Below, piece after piece: positions 20,801 to 27,585 of a DNA stretch of 29,961 nucleotides. Position 1 is the stretch's first letter; each line of letters starts with the position of its first letter. Where the stretch lies: the UHGV virus genome UHGV-0134758; one strand, 5' to 3'. Both the position numbers and the translations under genes were made by a program. This DNA comes from a virus. A model generated the notes under the pieces. That model searched no databases, was not told the origin of the DNA, and saw only the letters and a program-made list of their open reading frames with translations.

Positions 20801-21611
20801 TGGCATTTACAGTAATAAAGACGAGATCAAGCAGGCAATGGACGCAGCAAGTGCGCGCATTGCAGCAGAACGGAAAGCCAATCTGAATCATGCAGTCGCC
20901 GCGCTGACTCAATCGTGGGTAACAGCAATCAGGGAGGCCGCCACCACAGGAAAAATCACACCGGCAATTGCGGATGTCGTAAACGACGGCTCTAAATTTA
21001 TGGATGCCTATAAAATGGATGCGGTGCAGTTGCCATCAGCCTATGGCCAACTCAGCTATCGCATGACCTACAACCTGGTATCAATGTTTACTGACCTTGC
21101 CATCCTTGGGCTGGTGGACCTTAACGAGGTTACGCCGGAATTACTCAGCATGCGCAAGAATCATGTGGAGATATTGCACAGAATTAACACGGTACTTGCC
21201 GGGCGCATCGATGAAGAGAAACAGGCAGACGCTGATCGGATAAACCTGGCCCTTGGCAACATCACGGAGGAAGAAATTGCCGCCAGAAACGAGAAACAAG
21301 AAGAGTTATCATCAATACAGGGTGATGCCACCAGCATAGCTCAGTCTCTTGGTCTGAATTATCGCGTATCCACTGCCGACCTGAAGATGATGTACGCACC
21401 AAAATTCGCCGCTGGCGAGGTATTTGGGCTTCAGGAGGCGTCCGGCATGAAAGGCATTCTTTTCCGTGCGAAAGACGCAATCAAGGCGAAATTCGGCGCT
21501 CGCTGGCTGCCAGCGAAGGCAAAGAACAGCGATTTTCCGGGTAACTGGTGGATTATCGAGACAAAACACAACGTGGCGGACGTTCTGGCCGTCATCCAAC
21601 AATACGCATAA
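14844..21611 (+). CDS. darB: DarB-like antirestriction protein: N-terminal N6-adenine methyltransferase domain fused to a superfamily-2 helicase
   Basis: 2255 aa. SAM motif LEPSAGTGVF (nt 15189..15218) and catalytic-type GNVPFGG (nt 15378..15398). Walker A GFGTGLGKTT (approx. residue 850), DEGH (approx. residue 1050) and helicase motif VI QRNGRGARVGS (approx. residue 1510). Length matches P1 DarB from memory. Confidence 0.9.
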   Translation: MNKLSMGLFRCSSVSEILKYIRAITSHRAPIRYGVEKVEGKSYDRLRREANQKAIDLLNSLVDGATLTDEQRQILAGYTGEGGIGGSVSEYYTPKPIAEGVWEIMKLYGADVGNTLEPSAGTGVFNETKPVGTVMTATEISSVSGRINQLLHPEDSVQISPFEQLAVSTPNDSFDHVVGNVPFGGRDNTRNIDKPYAEETDMGSYFMLRMLDKIKPGGFMCVIVPPSIVSGSNMKRLRLRLSRKAEFLGAHRLPTGTFDANGTSTVVDVVLMRKHPAEMAEKIPLVDEGTLESANVLWPTFISGKWFEKDGRRFVHGTQEKGFQGRIEVRADGQIDNQALKAKLIHRFESRIDWSLLDMAEPSPTADVVGEGEIRLINGVWQKYAGGRWIESDAGKELKIDVASYGADSWEALQRNLTTTEGRLGMTFTQMANVRDKYTTSISDDMVQLVDWINSQPEKYRERLYRGAMIGRMLIEYQDMKAAGHSAEQIEQQRLSLVSRLQAEIDRFGNPGRGPIAKLSGSGARAWFAFRGAIKLDGTISDELTGKLVTHDSSASYDSTSYQDTLRYLYSDLTRDPIQLDDFRLAFTGELPASDDELLNLLASTPGIAVSPYGGIVPFARATSGDINEIVAPKQEFLATLPDGPVKNNVLNQLAAIEEKRIKTPAENIRFKLNSRWFDRSVILEFLQENGYPDLRYVQSVQLEGDEMVSDTYHGGDGLFVGHRYGVVQRKDKETGEIRYEWDRKSGENATGFPAQLEKYLNGARIGGKDSATANGYREQMALLEDQFNKWIKTHDRYDELVAKYNDVFNSNIPYEHSGDPLGLKGLSGKRQPFDYQNSEVRRLSEDGRGILGFGTGLGKTTTALALEAFNYENGRSTRTAYVVPKSVLENWYYEAKEFLSEEAFSNYLFVGLDVLMDGDQIRQVPVLDENGKPVLGTDGTPVMRDALKLADEATITARMNAIPHSNYRAVVFTKEQYARIPLRDDTVDEHAQDMLYDFVAAGRVASAMDSDSHRKEAARRRVLSEYSDTGTEKAEKYPYFEDMGFDSVIADEGHNYRNSYKNGREASQLAYLPTSAVAQSARDMAIKNAYLMKKNGGRGPVLLTATPVVNTPIDAYNMLSHVLPKEYWQKMGIYGPDDFVKFFGKTRLETVQKISGEVEEKMALVGFENLDALRGIFHRWTTLKTAEDVKDTVEIPELDEHQQDAPLTEEQLAAYEELRQQAEAAAKANNGVTTSVNEDGVIEHEKARPIFLIIRDMDRVCTDMDLYYRRITYRFLPEYADAVQQLADSLPKQATSEDDDSDDSITQQSQYSLIDKGEFIQLQVPEAFEQEVNKRLARFGIDEQTVTHPVTPKYAKLIATLKEFFPEGKQIIFTDEKTQHQKLKRIICNALNLEPSKVGILNAQTVAEAGKTGKKLKAVKPPKELPDEPTDAQIAKYNEQMALYDAYIAQQNEMSLGGLEKIAADFQEGRTPIIICNKKAEVGINLHRGTTDIHHLTLPWTPASIAQRNGRGARVGSNRASVRVHYYCGKGSFDEYRLKTLKRKAGWISDILRSDKSEMENADANDMVEMQMYTAKDDGERLAMMQVQMDKAKAAQRARQKEQATIDLQNYIKAQHAAGEDVEVLTAELERSKAELEKTTAEVAKFKQAVMAKAADNADWKARWGSVHHTDRMLLAQYRASLKSAIQRKANISQAISRYEKLLNRTQKAATDIKRLRPLVEDAINKGILDVDPDLVNHASEFLVIGDRSWRVGQYYDCAGDIVRIKSLDFDSQRADVEIIFTLKGTKSGNWDVKTLDKQVDVTPDEDAVMQKISGGVSIAGINDIISCDDFYRFQQRGMIKITDSYGVQTTESGYSIDFVGTYTDPLKHAVYPDRRDGALKSSIAKWVLGMMLEGNNRQIRSAETFLVELFGSNYGDVIASYGDTLSPEAIQEKIADAIARMPEKTSQGATRNGDSELEVTNAIFGTNEFRASDYEITTAQFGTIGIYSNKDEIKQAMDAASARIAAERKANLNHAVAALTQSWVTAIREAATTGKITPAIADVVNDGSKFMDAYKMDAVQLPSAYGQLSYRMTYNLVSMFTDLAILGLVDLNEVTPELLSMRKNHVEILHRINTVLAGRIDEEKQADADRINLALGNITEEEIAARNEKQEELSSIQGDATSIAQSLGLNYRVSTADLKMMYAPKFAAGEVFGLQEASGMKGILFRAKDAIKAKFGARWLPAKAKNSDFPGNWWIIETKHNVADVLAVIQQYA

Positions 21612-21644
21612 CAGGAGCGCCCGGTTCGCCGGGCGTCGCATAAT

Positions 21645-22085
21645 ATGGCCACACTATCTGATACAATAAAACCGAATAAAACATATCTTGAGGCGGTACT
21701 CCGTACAGCGTTGTTAGGAAAGACAGAAGACGAATACGTTGATTTCTTCCTATCAGGGCTACGCGGGCGATTACTGAAAAACCCCCGCCTGTACCGCAGC
21801 TATGGCCCATACTGGCCGGAAATTAAAAAATTATTACTGGAGCGCGGTTATGGTAATTTCGGTCGTCTCGTTGACCGTGACGTTCGCAAAATTTACCGTT
21901 ATGACCGCCCGGCGCTAACACTCATAGCCGCGACGCTCTACAGCCAGGAGCGTTTTGATAATGGTCAGATATACTCAGCCTGGCATTTACTGCCAGTGCC
22001 TGAAGAAGTTGACGACCAGGACTATGAGTTTGAGTCTTACGATTTGGAAGTTGAAGCCTTGGCACAGGCTGGAGAGAAAACTTGA
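21645..22085 (+). CDS. hypothetical protein (position of P1 ulx)
   Basis: 146-aa ORF starting 34 nt after darB; preceded by a GC hairpin with a UUCG-type loop. Confidence 0.5.
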   Translation: MATLSDTIKPNKTYLEAVLRTALLGKTEDEYVDFFLSGLRGRLLKNPRLYRSYGPYWPEIKKLLLERGYGNFGRLVDRDVRKIYRYDRPALTLIAATLYSQERFDNGQIYSAWHLLPVPEEVDDQDYEFESYDLEVEALAQAGEKT

Positions 22086-22330
22086 AAAAGCGATACTACA
22101 CAGTAAAGCATGGGACGCTACGGGCATTACAAGAGTTTGCTGACAAGCATAACGTTGAGGTGCGCAGGGAAGGGGGAAGTAAAGCTCTGCGCATGTACCG
22201 TCCGGACGGGAAATGGCGTACGGTCGTCGATTTCAAAACTAACAGTGTTCCCCAAGGTGTCCGCGATCGGGCATTCGAAGAATGGGAGCAGATCATCATA
22301 GATAACGCATTGCTTCTGAATGCTGATTAA
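22082..22330 (+). CDS. small protein (position of P1 lxc)
   Basis: 82 aa, TTG start overlapping the previous stop (TTGA), GGAGAG 5 nt upstream. Confidence 0.45.
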   Translation: MKKRYYTVKHGTLRALQEFADKHNVEVRREGGSKALRMYRPDGKWRTVVDFKTNSVPQGVRDRAFEEWEQIIIDNALLLNAD

Positions 22331-22382
22331 TAATCATTTAAAGCCCATATGATATGGGCTTAAACAACAGGATCGATATACA

Positions 22383-23423
22383 GTGTTAGTTAAATATATA
22401 GGCGAGAGTTATATGGATAAACCTTGGCCGGGCATGCACATTAGAACATCTTGTCTGGAGGATGGTTTCTTTAGAGCAACGCAACCAAAGTATCTTAATG
22501 ATCCGTCGAGTGAGTCGCGACTTCTTCCATTTTTTAATAAATTTTCACCAGCCGATTACGCATGGGCTAGAAATGAATTTAAGAAAATGCAACGAGATCC
22601 ATCTTATGTCCCATCTATACAAGAGTTAGAGTATTATTTAAAACCTTGCGGGAAACGATACGGAGAGGATTTTCCACACTTGTTAATCAATGAAGGTTTT
22701 ACCTCAATGGATTCATATGATGAATCTAAACTCCAAGAAATAGTAACGTACCTTAACGATTATTTAGTAGAAGCCGTAAGCTGTCATCTTGGTGTGTTCT
22801 CTCTATCAAAAAGTGATTGCAATCTACACATGTGGACTCATTATGCATCGATAGGAAAGGGGTTTGCTGTAGTTTTCGATGAAACACACGATTTTTTCAA
22901 AATATATCGGCCGTGTGATGTTAGTTATAATCCAGAAGATAGAGCATCTGTAACCTATTATAAAGGCGCTGTGCGATTTAATGGCTATCCTGCGCCATCG
23001 AGGAATATAGATATAAAGAATAAAGATAATACATTGCATGGGATCTTAAATCGAGATTCAGTTCGCGAGCTTTTTATTAATAGGCTTCTTTATACAAAAG
23101 GTGAAGAGTGGCTTCCTGAAAATGAAAGTAGAATTATTTTTCCATTGGCTGATTGCGAGAGAAAAATAGGAAGTATTGTCTCTCCATCGATTGATGACTG
23201 CCTATTAAATGAGTATCCTGATGTTTTTCATGACTATCATGAAATTAACTTAAAGAAAATTCCTTTTTCTGCATTCAAGCAAATTACCTTAGGGTATAAC
23301 ATGACTGAAAAAGATAAAAATATAATTTTAGATAAAGTTAGTTCGAATAAAGAATTGTCTCACGTCAACGTATTACATTCAAAACTTGATATATACGGAA
23401 AGGTTGTGGTTAAGCCCATGTAA
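22383..23423 (+). CDS. DUF2971-like protein of unknown function; candidate single-gene anti-phage defence / abortive-infection cargo
   Basis: Markedly AT-rich 346-codon ORF (alternative ATG at 22413). Motifs FRATQPKYLNDPSSE and CNLHMWTHYASIGKGFAVVFD resemble the two DUF2971 signature blocks as I recall them. Isolated between the lxc-position ORF and the convergent mat-position ORF. Confidence 0.7.
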   Translation: MLVKYIGESYMDKPWPGMHIRTSCLEDGFFRATQPKYLNDPSSESRLLPFFNKFSPADYAWARNEFKKMQRDPSYVPSIQELEYYLKPCGKRYGEDFPHLLINEGFTSMDSYDESKLQEIVTYLNDYLVEAVSCHLGVFSLSKSDCNLHMWTHYASIGKGFAVVFDETHDFFKIYRPCDVSYNPEDRASVTYYKGAVRFNGYPAPSRNIDIKNKDNTLHGILNRDSVRELFINRLLYTKGEEWLPENESRIIFPLADCERKIGSIVSPSIDDCLLNEYPDVFHDYHEINLKKIPFSAFKQITLGYNMTEKDKNIILDKVSSNKELSHVNVLHSKLDIYGKVVVKPM

Positions 23424-23455
23424 TAATACGCTTATGTCTACACTTCATGATAAAT

Positions 23456-23477
23456 ACCTTCCTTAACTTAGGAAGGT
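23456..23477. terminator. hairpin (accttcc-ttaactta-ggaaggt) between convergent genes
   Basis: Lies between the stop of the 346-aa ORF (23423) and the stop of the minus-strand ORF (23521); the following sequence is T-rich. Confidence 0.4.
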
Positions 23478-23520
23478 TAGTTGTAGGTTTACGCAGAAAG
23501 TAACAAATAACCTTCGTAGG

Positions 23521-24162
23521 TTATAGAATATTATTCTTTCCGGTGAGTATTCCTTGAGGAACTCTAGCGCATCCCATAATTTGAGTTTTCTTGATGATGT
23601 TTATATATGACGCTATCAGCGATGAGTCATCACGACTATCCACTTCACAAGCCATTGCCCTGATGTAGTCGGCGCTGGCAACGTTGTTGTATTCCGTCGC
23701 AAAGCAACAGAGTAACGTCAGAACATGCTCTGTCGTTATTTCGCTCCAGTTGATGTTGAAAAATTCATCGCCTTTTTTATCGTGTTCGGAATCGAAGATG
23801 CTTTGGTGGAGGATGTATTTGCCGGATTCCTTGCGCGGTAACTTGATTGCTTTCTGGCGTTCCAGCTCCTTATAAATCTGCATTGCCTCAATTAGTACCG
23901 GCCTGCCGTTCATGAAGGGATCGCGCAACCTTACACGCTGGCCAACTCGACCAGTAATAAAGCTGTTTTCCTCTTCCACCAGCACGATAAAACCCTTTTC
24001 CTCTTTTTCTCGCAATTCGCGCAGCAGCTGGAGTTCCATGTCGCGGCGGCGTTCAGGGTAGCTGGTCCGCTCAGCCATTATCAGCTCGTTATTGATCCAT
24101 GCAGCAGTCATTGACGCCGGTTTGCCGACGCTCATCGAAACAACGCATATTTTCTTATCCAT
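23521..24162 (-). CDS. hypothetical protein (position of P1 mat, particle maturation)
   Basis: ATG at 24162 with AGGGG 5 nt upstream (the track's GTG start is at 24189). The late-promoter-like motif lies about 140 nt upstream. Confidence 0.5.
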   Translation of the reverse strand: MDKKICVVSMSVGKPASMTAAWINNELIMAERTSYPERRRDMELQLLRELREKEEKGFIVLVEEENSFITGRVGQRVRLRDPFMNGRPVLIEAMQIYKELERQKAIKLPRKESGKYILHQSIFDSEHDKKGDEFFNINWSEITTEHVLTLLCCFATEYNNVASADYIRAMACEVDSRDDSSLIASYINIIKKTQIMGCARVPQGILTGKNNIL

Positions 24163-24350
24163 AGCGCCCCTACAAAAAAGAAAAGCCACCAGCGGCGGCT
24201 TAGCAATACAACTGAAGGTAGCACCCGGTACTCAGACTGTGCCGTCCATGGAATATTTGAAAAGGGATCCATCCGTACCGGGCGTGTGATGATTCTGACT
24301 GAAGTCACTTGTCAGTTGTCAATCATTTATCATTAAAAATAATATATTTA

Positions 24351-24911
24351 TTAGTGCATGATGTTTGCCATCTCATAGGCGTCAGCCAGTAACTCCATCT
24401 CTGACTTGTTCAGCAGGGTGAATTCTTTCTTGCCTCCAACCACACCATCGGCATGAACAGGGACCAGCCAGGGGTATTTTGCTCTTACTTCAGCCGGTGC
24501 TGCATGCTGGTGGTGCCATCTACAAAGTGGCAATTGCTTTTTATGACAACCCGGCGCGGTGCGACCGGCGATATGGTGCAGAGACACTTCATTAGATATT
24601 ACTCCATGCATATAGCAGGCAATGCAGGGGAGAGCGCCAAGAGCATTGGCGATGCGCCGTTCCTCCGCCGTTGGTGTTCTCCCCTTCAAGCCACGAGATT
24701 TTATTTTTACCGCGCTTTTCCGCGTTTTGCTGGCTGGTGGGCGCTCTTTCTGTTTAGCGATACGGCGGTCGATAGTATCCCGCATTTTCTGATATTGAGA
24801 TTCTCGCCAGACCGGATCAGCCAACTTCTCCCGTTGCCGAGCGATCGCTCGTTCTCTGGCTGCCTTCTGCCACTTGCGGCACTGTTCAATTTTTTGTTCG
24901 ATTGTTTTCAT
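24351..24911 (-). CDS. ref: Ref-like HNH endonuclease (recombination enhancement function)
   Basis: 186 aa; Cys/His-rich HNH-type core CIACYMHGVISNEVSLHHIAGRTAPGCHKKQLPLCRWHHQ and a basic N-terminal region. Matches P1 Ref from memory; C1-operator-like sites upstream. Confidence 0.8.
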   Translation of the reverse strand: MKTIEQKIEQCRKWQKAARERAIARQREKLADPVWRESQYQKMRDTIDRRIAKQKERPPASKTRKSAVKIKSRGLKGRTPTAEERRIANALGALPCIACYMHGVISNEVSLHHIAGRTAPGCHKKQLPLCRWHHQHAAPAEVRAKYPWLVPVHADGVVGGKKEFTLLNKSEMELLADAYEMANIMH

Positions 24912-24917
24912 ATGGTC

Positions 24918-24943
24918 AAAAAAAAGGCGGCCTAATGGCCGCC
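24918..24943 (-). terminator. terminator-like hairpin plus U8 tract in the ref leader
   Basis: On the minus strand ggcggcc-atta-ggccgcc is followed by eight T, ending 6 nt before the ref ATG. Confidence 0.5.
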
Positions 24944-24996
24944 TATGATGTCAAGGAGTTAAGTAATGGCACGTCTTCGTAGTTGACAAAAACTGC

Positions 24997-25026
24997 GGAT
25001 CAATTATAGCAATAAATTAGAGCAAT
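24997..25026 (-). promoter_or_regulatory. pair of C1-operator-like 17-mers overlapping divergent promoter elements
   Basis: caataaattagagcaat (14/17) and ggatcaattatagcaat (12/17). Perfect TATAAT on the minus strand and TTGACA on the plus strand (approx. 24983). Coordinates are approximate. Confidence 0.4.
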
Positions 25027-25158
25027 TGTAGATATTTCATTTATCGATAATCACATTTTTTCTCTTCAGTGCCTGTGTGCTATACTCCTTCTTGATTGAT
25101 TGGATGCGGAATACAAACCCGCTCTTTTGTGCAGCCTGGCTCCTTGCCAGGCTTTTTT

Positions 25159-25470
25159 TTATTTCATCATGGAAGCTGTTAATGCTTTGGACCTTGCTGA
25201 ACTGATTGAGAGGGCTTTGTCAACGTGCCCCAAAAATTCGCCAAACTCAGACATCACTTTGGCAAAACCGCGCCGTGCTTCTTCCTCGGTGGCATTCATC
25301 ACGAAATGTTCAGCACTACGCATACTTTTGACAGGAAACGCAACGGATATTGAGTCAATATCAGGCATTCTATCGCTCAGCTTTACAGTGACAATGACGG
25401 CTGGCGACTGAATATTAGTGCTTACAGACAGCACTACATATTTTCCGTCGATGTTGAAATCCTTTCTCAT
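25159..25470 (-). CDS. hypothetical protein (position of P1 cra)
   Basis: 103-aa ORF between cre and ref on the same strand, with GGTGG before the ATG. A plus-strand ORF (25100..25411) overlaps it but runs through a terminator hairpin. Confidence 0.45.
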   Translation of the reverse strand: MRKDFNIDGKYVVLSVSTNIQSPAVIVTVKLSDRMPDIDSISVAFPVKSMRSAEHFVMNATEEEARRGFAKVMSEFGEFLGHVDKALSISSARSKALTASMMK

Positions 25471-25486
25471 ATGCCACCATAAACAT

Positions 25487-25503
25487 CAAAGAATTAGAGC
25501 AAT
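25487..25503 (-). promoter_or_regulatory. C1-operator-like 17-mer (13/17)
   Basis: caaagaattagagcaat between the cre stop and the start of the cra-position ORF. Confidence 0.35.
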
Positions 25504-25520
25504 CATTTACGCGTTAATGG

Positions 25521-26552
25521 CTAATCGCCATCTTCCAGCAGGCGCACCATTGCCCCTGTTTCACTATCCAGGTTACGGATATAGTTCATGACAATATTTA
25601 CATTGGTCCAGCCACCAGCTTGCATGATCTCCGGTATTGAAACTCCGGCGCGGGCCATATCTCGCGCGGCTCCGACACGGGCACTATGTCCAGACCAGGC
25701 CAGGTATCTCTGACCAGAGTCATCCTTAGCGCCGTAAATCAATCGATGAGTTGCTTCAAAAATCCCTTCCAGGGCGCGAGTTGATAGCTGGCTGGTGGAT
25801 GATGGCGAGGCAACACCATTTTTTCTGACCCGGCAAAACAAGTAGTTATTAGGATCATCAGCCACACCAGAGACGGAAATCCATCGGTCGACCAGTTTAG
25901 TTACCCCCAGGCTAAGTGCCTTCTCTACACCTGCGGTGCTAACCAGCGTTTTCGTTCTGCCAATATGGATTAACATTCTCCCACCGTCAGTACGTGAGAT
26001 ATCTTTAACCCTGATCCTGGCAATTTCGGCTATACGTAACAGGGTGTTATAAGCAATCCCCAGAAATGCCAGATTACGTACATCCTGGCAGCGATCGCTA
26101 TTTTCCATGAGTGAACGAACCTGGTCGAAATCAGTGCGTTCGAACGCTAGTGCCTGTTTTGCACGTTCACCGGCATCAACGTTTTCTTTTCGGATCCGCC
26201 GCATGACCAGTGAAACAGCATTGCTGTCACTTGGTCGTGGCAGCCCGGACCGACGATGAAGCATGTTTAGCTGGCCCAAATGTTGCTGGATAGTTTTTAC
26301 TGCCAGACCGCGCGCCTGAAGATATAGAAGATAATCGCGAACATCTTCAGGTTCTGCGGGAAACCATTTCCGGTTGTTCAACTTGCACCATGCCGCCCAT
26401 GACCGGCAAACGGACAGAAGCATTTTCCAGGTATGCTCAGAAAAAGCCTGGCGATCCCTGAACATATCCATCAGGTTCTTGCGAACCTCATCACTCGTTG
26501 CATCGACCGGCAATGCAGGCAAATTTTGGTGTACGGTCAGTAAATTGGACAT
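25521..26552 (-). CDS. cre: Cre tyrosine site-specific recombinase
   Basis: 343 aa, MSNLLTVHQNLPALPVDATSDEVRKNLMDMFRDRQAFSEHTWKMLLSVCRSWAAWCKLNNRKWFPAEPEDVRDYLLYLQARGLAVKTIQQHL...MVRLLEDGD. Essentially the P1 Cre sequence as I know it, with the cognate loxP about 420 bp upstream. Confidence 0.97.
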   Translation of the reverse strand: MSNLLTVHQNLPALPVDATSDEVRKNLMDMFRDRQAFSEHTWKMLLSVCRSWAAWCKLNNRKWFPAEPEDVRDYLLYLQARGLAVKTIQQHLGQLNMLHRRSGLPRPSDSNAVSLVMRRIRKENVDAGERAKQALAFERTDFDQVRSLMENSDRCQDVRNLAFLGIAYNTLLRIAEIARIRVKDISRTDGGRMLIHIGRTKTLVSTAGVEKALSLGVTKLVDRWISVSGVADDPNNYLFCRVRKNGVASPSSTSQLSTRALEGIFEATHRLIYGAKDDSGQRYLAWSGHSARVGAARDMARAGVSIPEIMQAGGWTNVNIVMNYIRNLDSETGAMVRLLEDGD

Positions 26553-26559
26553 TTAACAC

Positions 26560-26781
26560 TCAGATAATGGTTTTAAGTAAAGTGTACAGGATCGGCTCTG
26601 CCTTTACCTGTTTATGGTTCTCGTCATAGAAACGCCAGCGACCGCGCGTGCGTTCTATCTTTTCTTCACCGCGCGATAATGACAGTTGGCAACTATCACG
26701 ATCAAACCCTTTTGCCCGCCAGTAACCACGATTTTTCTCAAGCTCAAGATGAGTGGACACTTTAGCAGCTGAATATCCCAT
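26560..26781 (-). CDS. small ORF immediately upstream of cre (uncertain)
   Basis: 73 codons, AGAGGTG 4 nt before the ATG, TGA stop 7 nt before the cre ATG. No homology recognised; may be non-coding regulatory DNA. Confidence 0.3.
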   Translation of the reverse strand: MGYSAAKVSTHLELEKNRGYWRAKGFDRDSCQLSLSRGEEKIERTRGRWRFYDENHKQVKAEPILYTLLKTII

Positions 26782-26878
26782 TTTTCACCTCTGATTGATT
26801 GGTGGTGCTAAGTGCGCTACGCGAAATCTGGAGCACTAACACTGCCAACATTTCGCAGATTTTACGTAGCGCAACCTT

Positions 26879-26898
26879 GATCAAATGATCAAGTGATC
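26879..26898. promoter_or_regulatory. cluster of three GATC (Dam) sites within 20 bp
   Basis: gatcaaatgatcaagtgatc, with a fourth GATC near 26948. In the cre upstream region next to loxP. Confidence 0.45.
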
Positions 26899-26970
26899 AC
26901 TATTTGACCTGATAAGGTATTGAACTGTATGGATTTACAGGTAAATTGATCATGTTCAATAACCCTTAAG

Positions 26971-27004
26971 ATAACTTCGTATAATGTATGCTATACGAAG
27001 TTAT
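26971..27004. other. loxP recombination site (13-bp inverted repeats around an 8-bp spacer)
   Basis: ATAACTTCGTATA-ATGTATGC-TATACGAAGTTAT read directly, canonical loxP. Hand-counted, plus or minus 1 nt. Confidence 0.95.
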
Positions 27005-27047
27005 TAGGCCCGAAGAGGAGTTTACGTCCAGCTGCGCATAAAAATCA

Positions 27048-27064
27048 AGAATTATTAGAGCAAT
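27048..27064 (-). promoter_or_regulatory. C1-operator-like 17-mer (15/17)
   Basis: agaattattagagcaat between loxP and coi. Confidence 0.5.
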
Positions 27065-27130
27065 AAATTTTGAGAGAAAAATCCCACTCCACCAGCAAAA
27101 AACTGGATTGTTTTTCATAGTTGTTTGACA

Positions 27131-27147
27131 ATTGCTCTAATAAATTA
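27131..27147 (+). promoter_or_regulatory. C1-operator-like 17-mer (16/17) directly abutting a TTGACA -35
   Basis: ttgaca-attgctctaataaatta; candidate autoregulated promoter of the coi-c1 operon. Confidence 0.55.
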
Positions 27148-27375
27148 TAGTTTTGCCGCCGTTTCGTAATATGACATCAAGGCCATTTTCAGGTGTTATA
27201 GAGCGGCTCAGAAGGAAATGAGCAAACAGGGAAACCTTATACAAACGGCATTACGGCTATGCATTGCTCATCTTACACACAGCGCAATGTTGTTAGATAA
27301 CCCCAGCATGGATCATGGGTGAAACAGTAGGTCAGAGCTTCAGGCTCTGTGTTGCAAATACAGTGAGGCATAATT

Positions 27376-27585
27376 ATGGCTTTCATTCAACCAACCATCG
27401 ACGACGTTAGACATTGCTCTAACGCTTTATCTGTAGATCCCACCGAAACCGACGCTGCCCGCGCCATTGCTGAACACTACTCAAAGATATCCAATCAGGA
27501 GTACCGCATCACCCAAGACGACCTGGATGACCTCACTGACACAATCGAATATCTCATGGCAACTAACCAGTTAGACTCACAATAA
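27376..27585 (+). CDS. coi: Coi-like C1 inactivator
   Basis: 69-aa acidic protein immediately upstream of c1, GTGAGG Shine-Dalgarno. Size and position match P1 Coi from memory. Confidence 0.7.
   Translation: MAFIQPTIDDVRHCSNALSVDPTETDAARAIAEHYSKISNQEYRITQDDLDDLTDTIEYLMATNQLDSQ

Noticed and set aside
25100-25411. Plus-strand 103-aa ORF overlapping the cra-position ORF
   Set aside because: TTG start without a ribosome-binding site, and the frame runs through a plus-strand terminator hairpin; the minus-strand ORF has a ribosome-binding site and fits the cre-ref operon polarity.
25521-27004. Cre/loxP as a sign of an engineered cloning or recombineering cassette
   Set aside because: cre and a single loxP lie in their native arrangement among phage genes (cra/ref, coi-c1, C1 operators), with no vector backbone, resistance marker or second loxP; this is the natural P1-type dimer-resolution system.
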